64,000 nt of DNA, from the NCBI GenBank assembly GCA_963707025.1, contig CAVPOM010000004.1, forward strand, positions 320,001 through 384,000. The letters are read 5' to 3'. The translations under genes were made by a program, and so were the position numbers. The notes beneath the pieces are model-generated. The model was given only the letters and a program-made list of their open reading frames with translations. It was not told the origin of the DNA and did not search any database. Positions 38,785 through 48,456 of the stretch are shown in pieces. Position 1 is the first letter of the stretch. Each line of letters starts with the position of its first letter. This stretch comes from an uncultured Verrucomicrobiae bacterium. GTDB taxonomy: Bacteria > Verrucomicrobiota > Verrucomicrobiia > Limisphaerales > Palsa-1400.

Positions 38785-40317
38785 ATGAAGAAAAAGAAAA
38801 AATCATCGAAGGTTGATCGCCGCGCTTTCCTGAAAAACTCCTCCGTCGCCGCTTTCATGGCCATGATGGGCGGCGTGGAACTGACCGCGCCGGGCTGCCG
38901 GCGCTCCCAACCGGTCCGCCTCGGGGCCACCATGGGCGGCGGGGAGGGGGCCGCGCCGGGCGGCGCCCAAACTGCCCAGCCGGCCGGCGCGGAGGCGCCG
39001 TTGACCACCAAACCTGCCCTCCCGCCCGTCCACTACGGCGTCATCGGTGCGGGCCCGTGGGGCCGCAAAATCATCACCACCCTGACCCTGCTCAAGAACG
39101 ACACCCAGTTTAGCAACACCGAGGTCGTCGCCGTCTGCGACCACTTCCCGGCCTGGTCGAGTCGCGCCGGCGAACTGGCCCCCGCCGCGGAACGCTTCGA
39201 CGATTACCAGAAGCTCCTGGCCAAACCGGAAGTGCAGGCCGTGGTGGTGGCCACCCCCACTCACCAGCACCGCGACATCGTCCTGGCTGCCCTCAAGGCC
39301 GGCAAACACGTCTATTGCGAGGCGCCCCTGGCCCACACCGTCGCCGACGCCAAGGACATCGCCCGCGCCGCGCAATCGGCCTTCAAACTGGTTTTTCAGG
39401 CCGGGTTGCAGGAACGCTCCCATCCCCATCGCCATTTCCTCTGGCCCTTTATCCGCACCGCCGCCCTGGGCCGCAACGTGCTGGTCCGCGCCCAATGGCA
39501 CAAGAAGGGGAGTTGGGCCAGGACCGGCTCCACCCCGGCCCGCACCGACGAACTCAACTGGCGCCTGCATCAGGCCACCAGCCCCGGCCTGATGGGCGAA
39601 GCCGCCATCCACCGTTTGGACGCCGTTACCTGGTTTTTGGGCGGGCCTCATTTGGGCGGGCGTCCCAGCGCCGTCAGCGGGTTCAGTTCCCTCATTCTGT
39701 GGGACGATGGCCGCGATGTGCCCGACACGGTGCAATGCGTTTTTGAATTCCCTCAAGGCCCCAACTCCGGCGTCCGCTTCCTTTGCGACGCCACCTTGTG
39801 CAATTCCTTCGACTCCGAATACGAGATGTATTACGGCACCGACTCGGCCATCCTCATGCAGCCGGGCAACGAGAGCCGCGACAGCAAGGCCTGGATGTTC
39901 AAGGAGGCCGATGCCCCCATGCTCGGCTGGGAAGTCTATGCCCGCAAAGACAGCTTCGGCGCCGAGTCCGGCGTCTCCCTGGTGGCCAATGCCAGCAAGC
40001 AAACCGCCTTGACCGGCCAGACCTCCGCCGCCAACGCCCCTCCCGCCGCCGAAGCCCTGCAATACGCCCTGCAATCCTTCACCGCCAACGTCGGCCTCCT
40101 CAGCATCTGGCGCAAACTTTATGAGGAAGACAATGGAGCGGCCGACACCCCGGACTACCGGGCGGCCTTCGCCGAGGAGCGCAAACTCCATCTGGCCCAG
40201 AACCCCGCCGCCGGATGGGAGGAGGGCCTGGAGGCCACCATCCTGGCCATCAAAGCCAACGAGGCCGCGCTGCTCAAACAAAAGCTCGAACTCAAAAATG
40301 AATTCTTCGAATTATGA
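38785..40317 (+). CDS. Tat-exported Gfo/Idh/MocA oxidoreductase
   Basis: DRRAFLK, GVIGAG, VATPTHQH, GKHVYCEAP. Confidence 0.85.
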   Translation: MKKKKKSSKVDRRAFLKNSSVAAFMAMMGGVELTAPGCRRSQPVRLGATMGGGEGAAPGGAQTAQPAGAEAPLTTKPALPPVHYGVIGAGPWGRKIITTLTLLKNDTQFSNTEVVAVCDHFPAWSSRAGELAPAAERFDDYQKLLAKPEVQAVVVATPTHQHRDIVLAALKAGKHVYCEAPLAHTVADAKDIARAAQSAFKLVFQAGLQERSHPHRHFLWPFIRTAALGRNVLVRAQWHKKGSWARTGSTPARTDELNWRLHQATSPGLMGEAAIHRLDAVTWFLGGPHLGGRPSAVSGFSSLILWDDGRDVPDTVQCVFEFPQGPNSGVRFLCDATLCNSFDSEYEMYYGTDSAILMQPGNESRDSKAWMFKEADAPMLGWEVYARKDSFGAESGVSLVANASKQTALTGQTSAANAPPAAEALQYALQSFTANVGLLSIWRKLYEEDNGAADTPDYRAAFAEERKLHLAQNPAAGWEEGLEATILAIKANEAALLKQKLELKNEFFEL

Positions 40318-41003
40318 AAAAACCGGCTCGCACCCCCATTCCGTTCCTGCTCCTGGCCTCTCTGCTTTTGGCCGGCCCCGCGGCCTTGCGCGCCGCCGAC
40401 CCGCCCGCTCATTACCAGTCCCAACCGAACGACACCAACTCCTCGGTGGCCATTCAAGGCACCTCCACCGTCCACGATTGGGAGATGAAAGGCCCGCGCA
40501 TCAACGGCTCGGTGGATTTTCCCGCCGGCGTGACCTTCGACCTCGCTCAAACCAACCTGCCCGGCCTCAAGAACGGCGTCCTGCCGGCCACCGTCACGGC
40601 CAGAATCACCATTCGCACCATCCATAGCGAAGTTGACCACCTGCCCGAAGTCATGGATGGCCTGATGCAAACCGCCCTGAAGGAAACCACCTATCCCAGA
40701 ATCGAATATCACGTCACCGAATTGAAGCTGCAACTGCCCCACGTGGCCGGCCAGCCCTTCGTCTTCGATGCCAAGGGCGATCTGGCCATTGCCGGTGTCA
40801 CCAATAAAGTCGCCTTTCCCGTCACCATCGCGCCCTTCGGCAAGGACAAAATCAAAATCAGCGGCACGGCCAAATTGAAGATGACCGACTTCAAAATTCA
40901 ACCGCCCGCGCCCAATTTCGGCCTGGGCCTGATGAAATGCGGCGACGACATCAAGATCATCTTCGAGTGGGGCCTTGTCTTCGTCCCGCCCAAGCAGCCG
41001 TGA
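40314..41003 (+). CDS. YceI-family protein
   Basis: Signal peptide, IQGTSTVHDW, GDLAIAGVT, KMTDFKIQPP. Confidence 0.85.
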   Translation: MKKPARTPIPFLLLASLLLAGPAALRAADPPAHYQSQPNDTNSSVAIQGTSTVHDWEMKGPRINGSVDFPAGVTFDLAQTNLPGLKNGVLPATVTARITIRTIHSEVDHLPEVMDGLMQTALKETTYPRIEYHVTELKLQLPHVAGQPFVFDAKGDLAIAGVTNKVAFPVTIAPFGKDKIKISGTAKLKMTDFKIQPPAPNFGLGLMKCGDDIKIIFEWGLVFVPPKQP

Positions 41004-41012
41004 AGCGGCCGT

Positions 41013-41846
41013 TCACCGCAACCATAAAGCAAACGCCCCGATCAGCGCGAAGCCCCCGGCAAAGCTCCCCAGCACCAGCGCCTTGTGGTGTTTGAGAATC
41101 TCCCCCAGCACGGCGTGCGTCGCCAGAAATAGAAAACCGCCCCCCGCATGGGCCAGCGCCAGGGAAAGCCACAAGTGCGATGCGTTCGGGAAAAAAATCA
41201 GCCCCGCCGCCCCGCCCAACAGCGTTGTCCCCTCCACCGTCATCACGTAGTAAATGATCCTCTTCCGGCTCAGTCCCGCCCCCAGCAGCAACGCCCCCAG
41301 CGCCAAGCCCTCCGGTATTTTATGCACGCACACCGCCAGGATGATGGTGAAGCCGGTGCCGTGGCTGCCCGCCGGCGCGCTTTCTGTTTGCTCTCCTCCC
41401 GCCGCCAGGACCGGCCCGCCGGCCGCAGCGTGCGCCGCCATGTTCTGGTTCGATTTCTCTCCTCCCGCCGCCATGGCCAGCCCGTCCACCGTGCAGTGGA
41501 TCCCCAGCGCCAGCATCATGGCCGAGGCGATCTCGCTGAACCGGTGCGTCGTGGCCTCATCGAAATGGCTCGCCGCGCACGCCGGGCACACATGGAAAAT
41601 GTACTTGCTGATCAAGGCGAAGACGGCATAGCCGGACGCCAGGCCCAGCAACAATTGCCACCAGTGCAGCGCCTGCAAGGTCTCGGGCAGAATGGCAAAC
41701 ACCGTCACTCCCAGGAGCGATCCCGCTCCGACGCTGATCAGCGCGCACAACCGCTTGTGCGAAGTGCCCAGGGTGGCCCCCAGCACCCCGCCGCCCACAG
41801 CCAGCGCGAACGCCAGAATCACAAATGCAAATGAATCTTCCTTCAT
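41013..41846 (-). CDS. ZIP-family divalent metal transporter
   Basis: GAGSLLG..ILPE, HCTVDG, HKIPEG; loop HVCPACAASH. Confidence 0.85.
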   Translation of the reverse strand: MKEDSFAFVILAFALAVGGGVLGATLGTSHKRLCALISVGAGSLLGVTVFAILPETLQALHWWQLLLGLASGYAVFALISKYIFHVCPACAASHFDEATTHRFSEIASAMMLALGIHCTVDGLAMAAGGEKSNQNMAAHAAAGGPVLAAGGEQTESAPAGSHGTGFTIILAVCVHKIPEGLALGALLLGAGLSRKRIIYYVMTVEGTTLLGGAAGLIFFPNASHLWLSLALAHAGGGFLFLATHAVLGEILKHHKALVLGSFAGGFALIGAFALWLR

Positions 41847-41904
41847 GGTGTGCGGCGCGTTCTTTCTCCCTCTCCTCCACACGCGGGCGGAAGAAAGGCC
41901 AGGC

Positions 41905-42010
41905 CTGTCCACCCTCCTGTCCACGCTCCTGTCCACCCTCCTGTCCACCCTCCTGTCCACCCTCCTGTCCACCGTAGCCCCTGCGAAGGTGGAAGGCTTT
42001 GCGAAGGTGG
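41905..42010 (+). repeat. 12-bp tandem repeat (CTGTCCACCCTC)x5.7 followed by a GCGAAGGTGG doublet
   Basis: Read directly from the sequence. Confidence 0.85.
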
Positions 42011-42253
42011 GGGAGAGGTGGTTGCCGCCAGGTTCATAGGTTTGGGTTTCCCGCTAGAGCGGATTACAAAATGATGCTGCCAAAACGAAACTCCTCCCTC
42101 TCCTCCTCAGGAGGAGAGGGCCGGGGAGAGGAGGCCTTTTGTCCGGCTTCCGCGCGGCTGCAGCATTCATGAAACTGCTCTCATTGCCATGCCTCCGCAG
42201 GCGCGACATCTCCTTTGCACAAGCAAGCCTGTCACGATGCGCCCGCCGCCCGC

Positions 42254-43066
42254 TCATCGGTCCGACCTGCCCATATACTTGCCTTCCTCCATCCGATAAA
42301 CACCCACGATGTAGCCGTCCTCCCGCACCGTGCCGACTCGCAGCGTGCCTTGAATCTCTATCAAATCGTCCATGATCGTCGGCACCCCTTTGCCCGCCGC
42401 CTTGACCGTGATCAACTCGGTGATGGTCGGCGCAATGCCAAAGCAGCAGGAGGACTGCGTGCGCATGAGCAGGAACTCGGTGGACTTGCCCTCCTCCTCC
42501 TTCAAGGGCATGAGGTAGCCGATGACCGATACCTTTTTCTGGTCCAGCGCCTTGACCTCCGCCGGGATTTGTTTGTCCGCGATATCCGAGCCGGCCGTTT
42601 GGTTGGTGTTCGGCGTGTCCGGCACCAAATACTCGTAGCCGGAAAGCTTGGTGAACTCCACCGACACGACCGCGTCCTTGCCGCTGGCGCCGGACGCGGC
42701 CGGCGCCGGCTTCGCTGCCGGCGTTATCTTGGCCAGGGAGGCGGGCATGGGCGCGGGCGCGGGTGCGGGGGATGGCGGGGCCGCATTCGTGGCCGCGTCG
42801 GCCGCCGCCGGGCCGTCAATCGAGTCGCCGCGGATCAGCTTCTTCTTGGCTGTGGTCTGGGCGGACGCCGGCACGGCCAGCGCCCCCGCCACGCAGCAGG
42901 TCAAAACGATTTGAGTAAAACGGGACCATCTCCAAAGTGCCACCCTGCGATTTGCCGATTCCCTCGCCCCACGAAGCGGGGAGAGGGTTAGGGAGAGGGG
43001 TTCCTTCCATCCAAGGATGGCATTGTCAAAAAGCAGCCGGGCAAAATGGCGGATTATGGGTCGCAT
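42254..43066 (-). CDS. DUF3299-like exported protein with an in-frame MITE in its signal peptide
   Basis: ALDQKKVSVIGYLMPL, EFLL, SSCCFG, GTLRVG, VYRM. Confidence 0.75.
   Translation of the reverse strand: MRPIIRHFARLLFDNAILGWKEPLSLTLSPLRGARESANRRVALWRWSRFTQIVLTCCVAGALAVPASAQTTAKKKLIRGDSIDGPAAADAATNAAPPSPAPAPAPMPASLAKITPAAKPAPAASGASGKDAVVSVEFTKLSGYEYLVPDTPNTNQTAGSDIADKQIPAEVKALDQKKVSVIGYLMPLKEEEGKSTEFLLMRTQSSCCFGIAPTITELITVKAAGKGVPTIMDDLIEIQGTLRVGTVREDGYIVGVYRMEEGKYMGRSDR
42922..43038. mobile_element. Degenerate MITE carrying a CCCTCTCCC-type palindrome
   Basis: Similar to 54166-54287; ends resemble the TIRs of 60969-61152; imperfect 9-bp flanking duplication GAGTAAAAC/GGGCAAAAT. Confidence 0.55.
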
Positions 43067-43114
43067 GGCATTCTTATATTCTAAAATGACTGTCTGCGGT
43101 AACGGTCGCTTGCT

Positions 43115-43672
43115 TTAATCCGTGTCGTTCCCCTTCGGGAAATTAAACGCAACATTCTGGTACACATTACCTTTGACCTTGAGTTCTTTCAAGACCCCAT
43201 CGAAAGTTTTTGCCGTTTTCAGCCACTCCGCCTGGGCCGTAAAAAACGACGTGTCCCCCACCGTCTCCCCCGTGGCGCGGTTGGGCACGGCGTTGAACAC
43301 CAAAGTCTCCTCCCCGCCCGGCCGCCTGGCTGCGACCTCGATGGAGGCCGCGCTCACCCGCACAAACTCCTCCAATTCCCCGTTCATCACATAAGCCTGC
43401 ACGGTGCCCGTGGCCGCCTCCAGGACCAGTTCCAGATGGTATTCCTCGTGCCCCAGCACCACCGGCGTGCCGCCATGCGGCGGCTTGTGCTCGTGCCTGG
43501 GCGGCGCTTCCGCCTTCGGTTCCAAGCCCGTCCCTTTCCCGCAACTGCACAGCAGCAGCAGCACCAGTCCGCCCGCGCCAATTCCCATCCATTTCAGCCT
43601 CCGCTTCTTGGCAAAATCATATACTCGACCGGGCGTCAAAGACCAGCAGCCATTATATGCAGCGCTATCCAC
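43115..43672 (-). CDS. His-rich lipoprotein, putative metal-binding
   Basis: LLLLCSC lipobox, HEHKPPHGG..EYHLELV; start uncertain (possibly 43588). Confidence 0.7.
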   Translation of the reverse strand: MDSAAYNGCWSLTPGRVYDFAKKRRLKWMGIGAGGLVLLLLCSCGKGTGLEPKAEAPPRHEHKPPHGGTPVVLGHEEYHLELVLEAATGTVQAYVMNGELEEFVRVSAASIEVAARRPGGEETLVFNAVPNRATGETVGDTSFFTAQAEWLKTAKTFDGVLKELKVKGNVYQNVAFNFPKGNDTD

Positions 43673-43906
43673 AAGAATTGCGCATTTTTGGCAAAATCTT
43701 CAGAACCTGCCATCCGAATGACAAATGAGAAATTCTCAATGACAGATTTTCAATTTGGGCTGAACTCTCTGGTTGCGGCGTCAGCCGCGCTGTGCCTTGG
43801 CGCCTTCCGCCCCTTCCCATCGCGCTCTGGAGCATTTCCTTGAACTGGCCCCATCCGCCCTGTAAACTGCCGGCATGAGTTTTGTCGCCGGCCGTTTTCA
43901 GCATCT

Positions 43907-45124
43907 ATGAGCCAGCAGAAAATTTATTATTTTGACAATAACGCCACCACCCGCGTGGCCCCCGAAGTCCTGGACGCCATGCTGCCGTTCTTGCGCGACC
44001 ATTACGGCAATCCTTCCAGCATCTACAAATTCGGCAGCCAGACCGGCCGGGAGGTCGAGGAGGCCCGCGCCAAGGTCGCCGCCCTCCTCAACGCCGACCC
44101 CAGGGAAATCGTCTTCACCAGTTGCGGCTCCGAAAGCAACAACGCCGCCCTGCACAGCGCCCTGGTCACCCATCCCGGCCGCCGCCACATCCTCACCACC
44201 GCGGTGGAGCATTCTGCCATCATCAATCATTGCGCCTTCCTCCAAAAACAGGGTTGCGAAGTCACTTTCCTCCCCGTGGACGCCGACGGCTCCCTGGACT
44301 TGCATCTGCTCGACAAATCCATCCGCCCAGACACCGCCCTGGTTTCGGTCATGTGGGCCAACAACGAAACCGGCGTCATTTTTCCCATCGAAGAAATCGC
44401 CGCCATCTGCCACAGCAAAAATGTCCTCTTTCACACCGACGCCACCCAGGTGCCGGGCAAACTCCAAATGGATGTCAAGGCGCTGGACGCCGATTTGCTC
44501 ACCCTGTCCGCCCACAAACTTCATGCCCCCAAGGGCATTGGGTTGCTCTATGTCAAGCGCCGCACCAAATTCCAGGCCTATCTCCTGGGCGGCCATCAGG
44601 AACGCGGCCGCCGCGCCGGCACCGAGAACGTCGCCGCCATCGTCGCCTTCGGCCGCGCCGCCGAGCTGGCCCTGGCCAATTTCCAGGACGAGAACACCCG
44701 CGTCCGCGCCCTGCGCGACCGCATGGAGAAGACCATTCTCTCCACCATACCCAACACCATCCGCAACGGCGCCCAGGAACCGCGCCTGCCCAACACCAGC
44801 AACATCGCCTTCGACTTCGTGGAGGCCGAGGCCATCCTGCTGTTGCTCGACCAGATCGGCGTCTGCGCTTCCAGCGGTTCGGCCTGCACCACCGGCTCGC
44901 TCGCGCCCTCCCATGTCCTGACGGCGATGGGCCTCAGCCCCGCCCGGGCCCGCGGCTGCATCCGTTTCAGCCTGGGCATTTACAACACCGCCGAGGAAGT
45001 GGACCATCTCCTGCACCACCTTCCCCAGATCATCAAAAAGCTCCGCGAGATTTCCCCGGTCAGTGCCAAGCCCCATCACCCCGCCTCCGCTCATCCCAAA
45101 CACGAAAAGCCCCTCGCGGCATGA
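43907..45124 (+). CDS. nifS: Cysteine desulfurase NifS/IscS
   Basis: YFDNNATT, FTSCGSES, MWANNETG, SAHKLHAPKG, SSGSACT. Confidence 0.93.
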   Translation: MSQQKIYYFDNNATTRVAPEVLDAMLPFLRDHYGNPSSIYKFGSQTGREVEEARAKVAALLNADPREIVFTSCGSESNNAALHSALVTHPGRRHILTTAVEHSAIINHCAFLQKQGCEVTFLPVDADGSLDLHLLDKSIRPDTALVSVMWANNETGVIFPIEEIAAICHSKNVLFHTDATQVPGKLQMDVKALDADLLTLSAHKLHAPKGIGLLYVKRRTKFQAYLLGGHQERGRRAGTENVAAIVAFGRAAELALANFQDENTRVRALRDRMEKTILSTIPNTIRNGAQEPRLPNTSNIAFDFVEAEAILLLLDQIGVCASSGSACTTGSLAPSHVLTAMGLSPARARGCIRFSLGIYNTAEEVDHLLHHLPQIIKKLREISPVSAKPHHPASAHPKHEKPLAA

Positions 45125-45192
45125 AGCGTGCGCGAAAAATTCTGGGGAGCACACGCGCCCTCGCGTGTGGTGGCCGGCGCCCTCGCCGGACA

Positions 45193-45466
45193 CGTCTTTA
45201 CAATTTACACACTTGATATTGAACCGGCGAAACGCCGGCGTTTGGGGAGCGCGGTCGTCCCGCCCGCCGCGTTCGGCGTCCCGCCGAACGCTCTTGAGGT
45301 GCGCCTGCCCTTCCTGCGCGAAGATTTGCGAGGCGAAGTTCTCAAGCTCCAAGCCGGGGGAAATCATTACCGGCTGCGCGTTGGAAACTTTCGGGTGCTC
45401 TTCTTGCTGGCAGACGACGCCATCCAAGTGTATGCCGTCAAAGACAGGAAAGAAGCCTATGCATGA
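45193..45466 (+). pseudogene. RelE/ParE-family toxin with REP-disrupted N-terminus
   Basis: DLRGEVLKL..YRLRVGNFRVLF..VYAVKDRKEAY; REP-like sequence at 45243-45290 in frame; no clear start. Confidence 0.65.
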
Positions 45467-45519
45467 TACGGCTGTGTTGCAAAAAGTCGAAGCCCTGACC
45501 AGGACCGTGGAAGGACACC

Positions 45520-45714
45520 CGGTTGACCCATGCTTTTTCTAAAAAACTGGAAAACCTGGAATACAACGTCGCCCTTTATTTTATGCACTGCGACTTTTGC
45601 CGGATTCACTCAGCCTTGCGCGCCACCCCGGCAATGGAGGCCGGAATCACTGTTCCTGTCTGGCCGATGGCCGAAGTGGTGATGCTGATTGAAACACAAA
45701 CTGATTTGGCTTGA
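45520..45714 (+). pseudogene. C-terminal remnant of an IS1-family-like transposase
   Basis: RLTHAFSKKLENL..VALYFMH.DFCRIH..LRATPAMEAGIT..W resembles the RLTNAFSKK..YNFCR.H..TPAMAAG pattern as I recall it. Confidence 0.7.
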
Positions 45715-45719
45715 CCGGC

Positions 45720-46067
45720 ATGCCGGGTGGAATTACTCCTCTGGAGAGTCACAGAATGCAACTCGCGGGTCGAATATGTAAGATTTGTGAACGCAACATA
45801 GTAATTGCGAGCGAAGGCAAGTTTTGCGCCAAGTGCGGAACGGTGGTGCATCTCCAATGCGAACCAAAAGCCCAGTGCGGTGATTGCGGCCGGCCGTTTC
45901 AACATTGGGAGCCTCCTGAGCCAGATCCACTGGGACAGGCGCTGCTTCCTCCGGCGTTACGGTCCCAGAAAAGTGGTGGAACTGTTTTTTTCATAGGATG
46001 TTTTGTGATTATAGCAATGGTGGTGCTTTTGGTGAAAGGTTGTGCATCCTCTATCCGCGGCTTGTAA
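45720..46067 (+). CDS. Small Cys-rich (zinc-finger-like) membrane protein
   Basis: CKIC, CAKC, HLQC, CGDC and a C-terminal TM helix; visibly lower GC. Confidence 0.6.
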   Translation: MPGGITPLESHRMQLAGRICKICERNIVIASEGKFCAKCGTVVHLQCEPKAQCGDCGRPFQHWEPPEPDPLGQALLPPALRSQKSGGTVFFIGCFVIIAMVVLLVKGCASSIRGL

Positions 46068-46189
46068 AAACGCTTGATGCAGGAATAGCATCACCACAGT
46101 TCTGGAGCGTTTAGATTAAAATTGACACACTGCCAAATAATGAACTCATTTGACTCCCGCCTTTGATGCGTTATATTCCCCGCCCGATT

Positions 46190-47193
46190 ATGAAATCAAA
46201 ACCCCATGTGGCCATCGTCGGCGCCACCGGCGCCGTCGGCCTGGAGATGATCCAGACTCTGGAAAAACGCCGTTTCCCCGTCGGGCAATTGACTTTGCTG
46301 GCCTCGGCCCGCTCCGCCGGCAAAACCCTGCCCTTTCGCGGCCATGACATCCCCGTCCAGCAATTGGCCAGGAATTCCTTCGCGGGCGTGGACCTCGCCC
46401 TCTTCAGCGCGGGGGGCGCGATTTCCAGGGAATTTGCCCCCATCGCCGCCAAGGCCGGTTGCGTGGTCATTGATAATTCCAGCGCCTTCCGCATGGACGA
46501 CGCCGTGCCGCTGGTCATTCCCGAAATCAACGCCGCCGATCTCAAAAATCACCGCGGCATCATCGCCAATCCCAATTGCACCACCGCCATTACCCTGATG
46601 GCCCTCTACCCGTTGCATCAGGCCTTCGGCGTCACTCGCATTTTTGCCTCCAGTTACCAGGCCGTTTCCGGCACGGGGGCCAAAGCCATCCAGGAATTGA
46701 AACGCCAGGTCGGGCAGATCGTCGCCGGCCAGCCGGTGACGCGCGAGGTTTATCCCCATCAAATCGCCTTCAACGTCCTGCCGCAGGTGGATGTTTTCCT
46801 GCCCAGCGGTTACACCAAGGAAGAGGCCAAGATGGAAAACGAGGGCCGCAAGATCATGCACCATCCCGCCTTCCGCGCCAGCGTCACCTGCGTGCGCGTG
46901 CCGGTTTACCGCGCCCATTCCATCGCCGTCAGCGCTGAATTTGAAAAACCGGTCACGGTGGCCGCGGCCCGCGCCATCCTGCTCCGGCCCCCGGCCTGGA
47001 TGTGGTGGACGATCCGGCCAAGCAGGAATATCCGCTGCCGCTCTATGCCGCCGAGAAATACAATTGCCAGGTCGGCCGGCTGCGCCTGGACTGTGCGCTT
47101 GACAACGGCCTTTGTTTCTGGGTGGCGGGCGACCAGCTCCTCAAGGGCGCCGCCTTGAACGCCGTGCAAATCGCCGAGGAACTGCTGAAGTGA
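46190..47193 (+). CDS. asd: Aspartate-semialdehyde dehydrogenase, frameshifted near 46985 (likely sequencing error)
   Basis: [30 protein letters not shown]-terminal [17 protein letters not shown] in ORF 47002..47193. Confidence 0.92.
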
Positions 47194-47372
47194 AAAGGGT
47201 TTCTCCCCGCTTTGTGTTCGCCCGTTGAAAAGTGCCTCCGCTTCAGGGCGTGCGACAAGATTCGTCAGTTCATCCGTCCCATCGGTCCTATCCGTCCTAT
47301 TCTTTGCCAATCGAACCCGGCGAAGATTTTTGTCCCGTGCTCTCCGGTTCTTCGGAAGCAGGCGGGGCCCCC

Positions 47373-47783
47373 TCACGGCGCCACCTTGACAAAGGCGCTG
47401 GACACCGGAATGTGCGCCGCGTTGGCCGCCTGCACCACTTTGACCACCAGGCCCCAGGCCGCATCGGTGTCGGCCCGGATGGCCAGGGTGGTTTTCGGAT
47501 TGGTCCGCACCGCTTCGGTCAGTTTCCGTTCCAGGCTGTCCAGGGTCACCGGATCGGTCTTGAGATAGATCGGCCCTTCTTTGGGAATCGTCACCACCAG
47601 CGCGTTTTCCGTGGCCCCGTTTTGGTTGGGCTGGTTGGATTTGGGCAGCGCCAGGCGCACCGCCGGCTGTTGCTTGGCCGTCGTTGTCACCATGAGAAAG
47701 ATCAGCACGACCAGCAGCACATCAATCAGGGAAATGATGATGATCGTCGGGGTCTGCGGTCGTTTATGCGTGATGAACTGCAT
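47373..47783 (-). CDS. ExbD/TolR
   Basis: ISLIDVLLVVLIFLMVTT, IRAD. Confidence 0.88.
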   Translation of the reverse strand: MQFITHKRPQTPTIIIISLIDVLLVVLIFLMVTTTAKQQPAVRLALPKSNQPNQNGATENALVVTIPKEGPIYLKTDPVTLDSLERKLTEAVRTNPKTTLAIRADTDAAWGLVVKVVQAANAAHIPVSSAFVKVAP

Positions 47784-47788
47784 GGCTT

Positions 47789-48430
47789 TCAGGAGCGGCG
47801 CCGGGCCGGGGCCTCTTCCGCTTCGTCCTCCTCCGGGCGTGGATATTGCCGGACGAGAAATTGTTCGCACAGGGCCGCCATTTCCACGGCCAGGTTTTCC
47901 ACCTTTTTGCTGTAGTAACTCCAGGCGATGAGCGAGGGGATGGCCGTGACCAGGCCCATCATGGTGGCCCGCAAGGCCAGCGCGATGCCCCGGGCCACCC
48001 CGCTGTTGTCCCCCATCCCCGCCACGTCCAGCCCGCCGAACAACTCGATCAACCCGTAGATCGTTCCCACCAGGCCCATCAGCGGCGCGATGCCGACCAC
48101 AATTTCCAGAACCACCAGCCGGCGCTCCATTCTCGACACCTCGTGCCGCGCGGTGGTTTCCAGCGCGCCGGCATTCTCCACTTTGGGCCAGTTGCGGCGC
48201 TGGCCGGCCTGCAGGAGCAGCCGGCTTAAGGGCGAGGGATTTTGCTCGCAGATCCTTTGCAAGGCCGGCCAATCCGCCGCCGTCCGGCAGGCTTCCAGCG
48301 CGTCGGCCACCGAGGGCGGAATGATCGTGCCGGCGCGCAAGGCCACGCCCCGCTCGATGATGACGGCCAGGCCGACCACCGAGGTCAGCAGCAGCGATCC
48401 CAGGATCATGTCTTTGATGATTTCTTCCAT
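47789..48430 (-). CDS. ExbB/MotA/TolQ proton channel
   Basis: APLMGLVGTIYG, GIALALRAT..GL..AIP. Confidence 0.88.
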   Translation of the reverse strand: MEEIIKDMILGSLLLTSVVGLAVIIERGVALRAGTIIPPSVADALEACRTAADWPALQRICEQNPSPLSRLLLQAGQRRNWPKVENAGALETTARHEVSRMERRLVVLEIVVGIAPLMGLVGTIYGLIELFGGLDVAGMGDNSGVARGIALALRATMMGLVTAIPSLIAWSYYSKKVENLAVEMAALCEQFLVRQYPRPEEDEAEEAPARRRS

Positions 48431-48456
48431 GTTTCAGCCAGCTTGAGGTTAACCCA

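Noticed and set aside
41847..41972. DRRV-repeat N-terminus of the ZIP transporter
   Set aside because: Translation of the 12-bp DNA repeat; ATG 41846 preferred.
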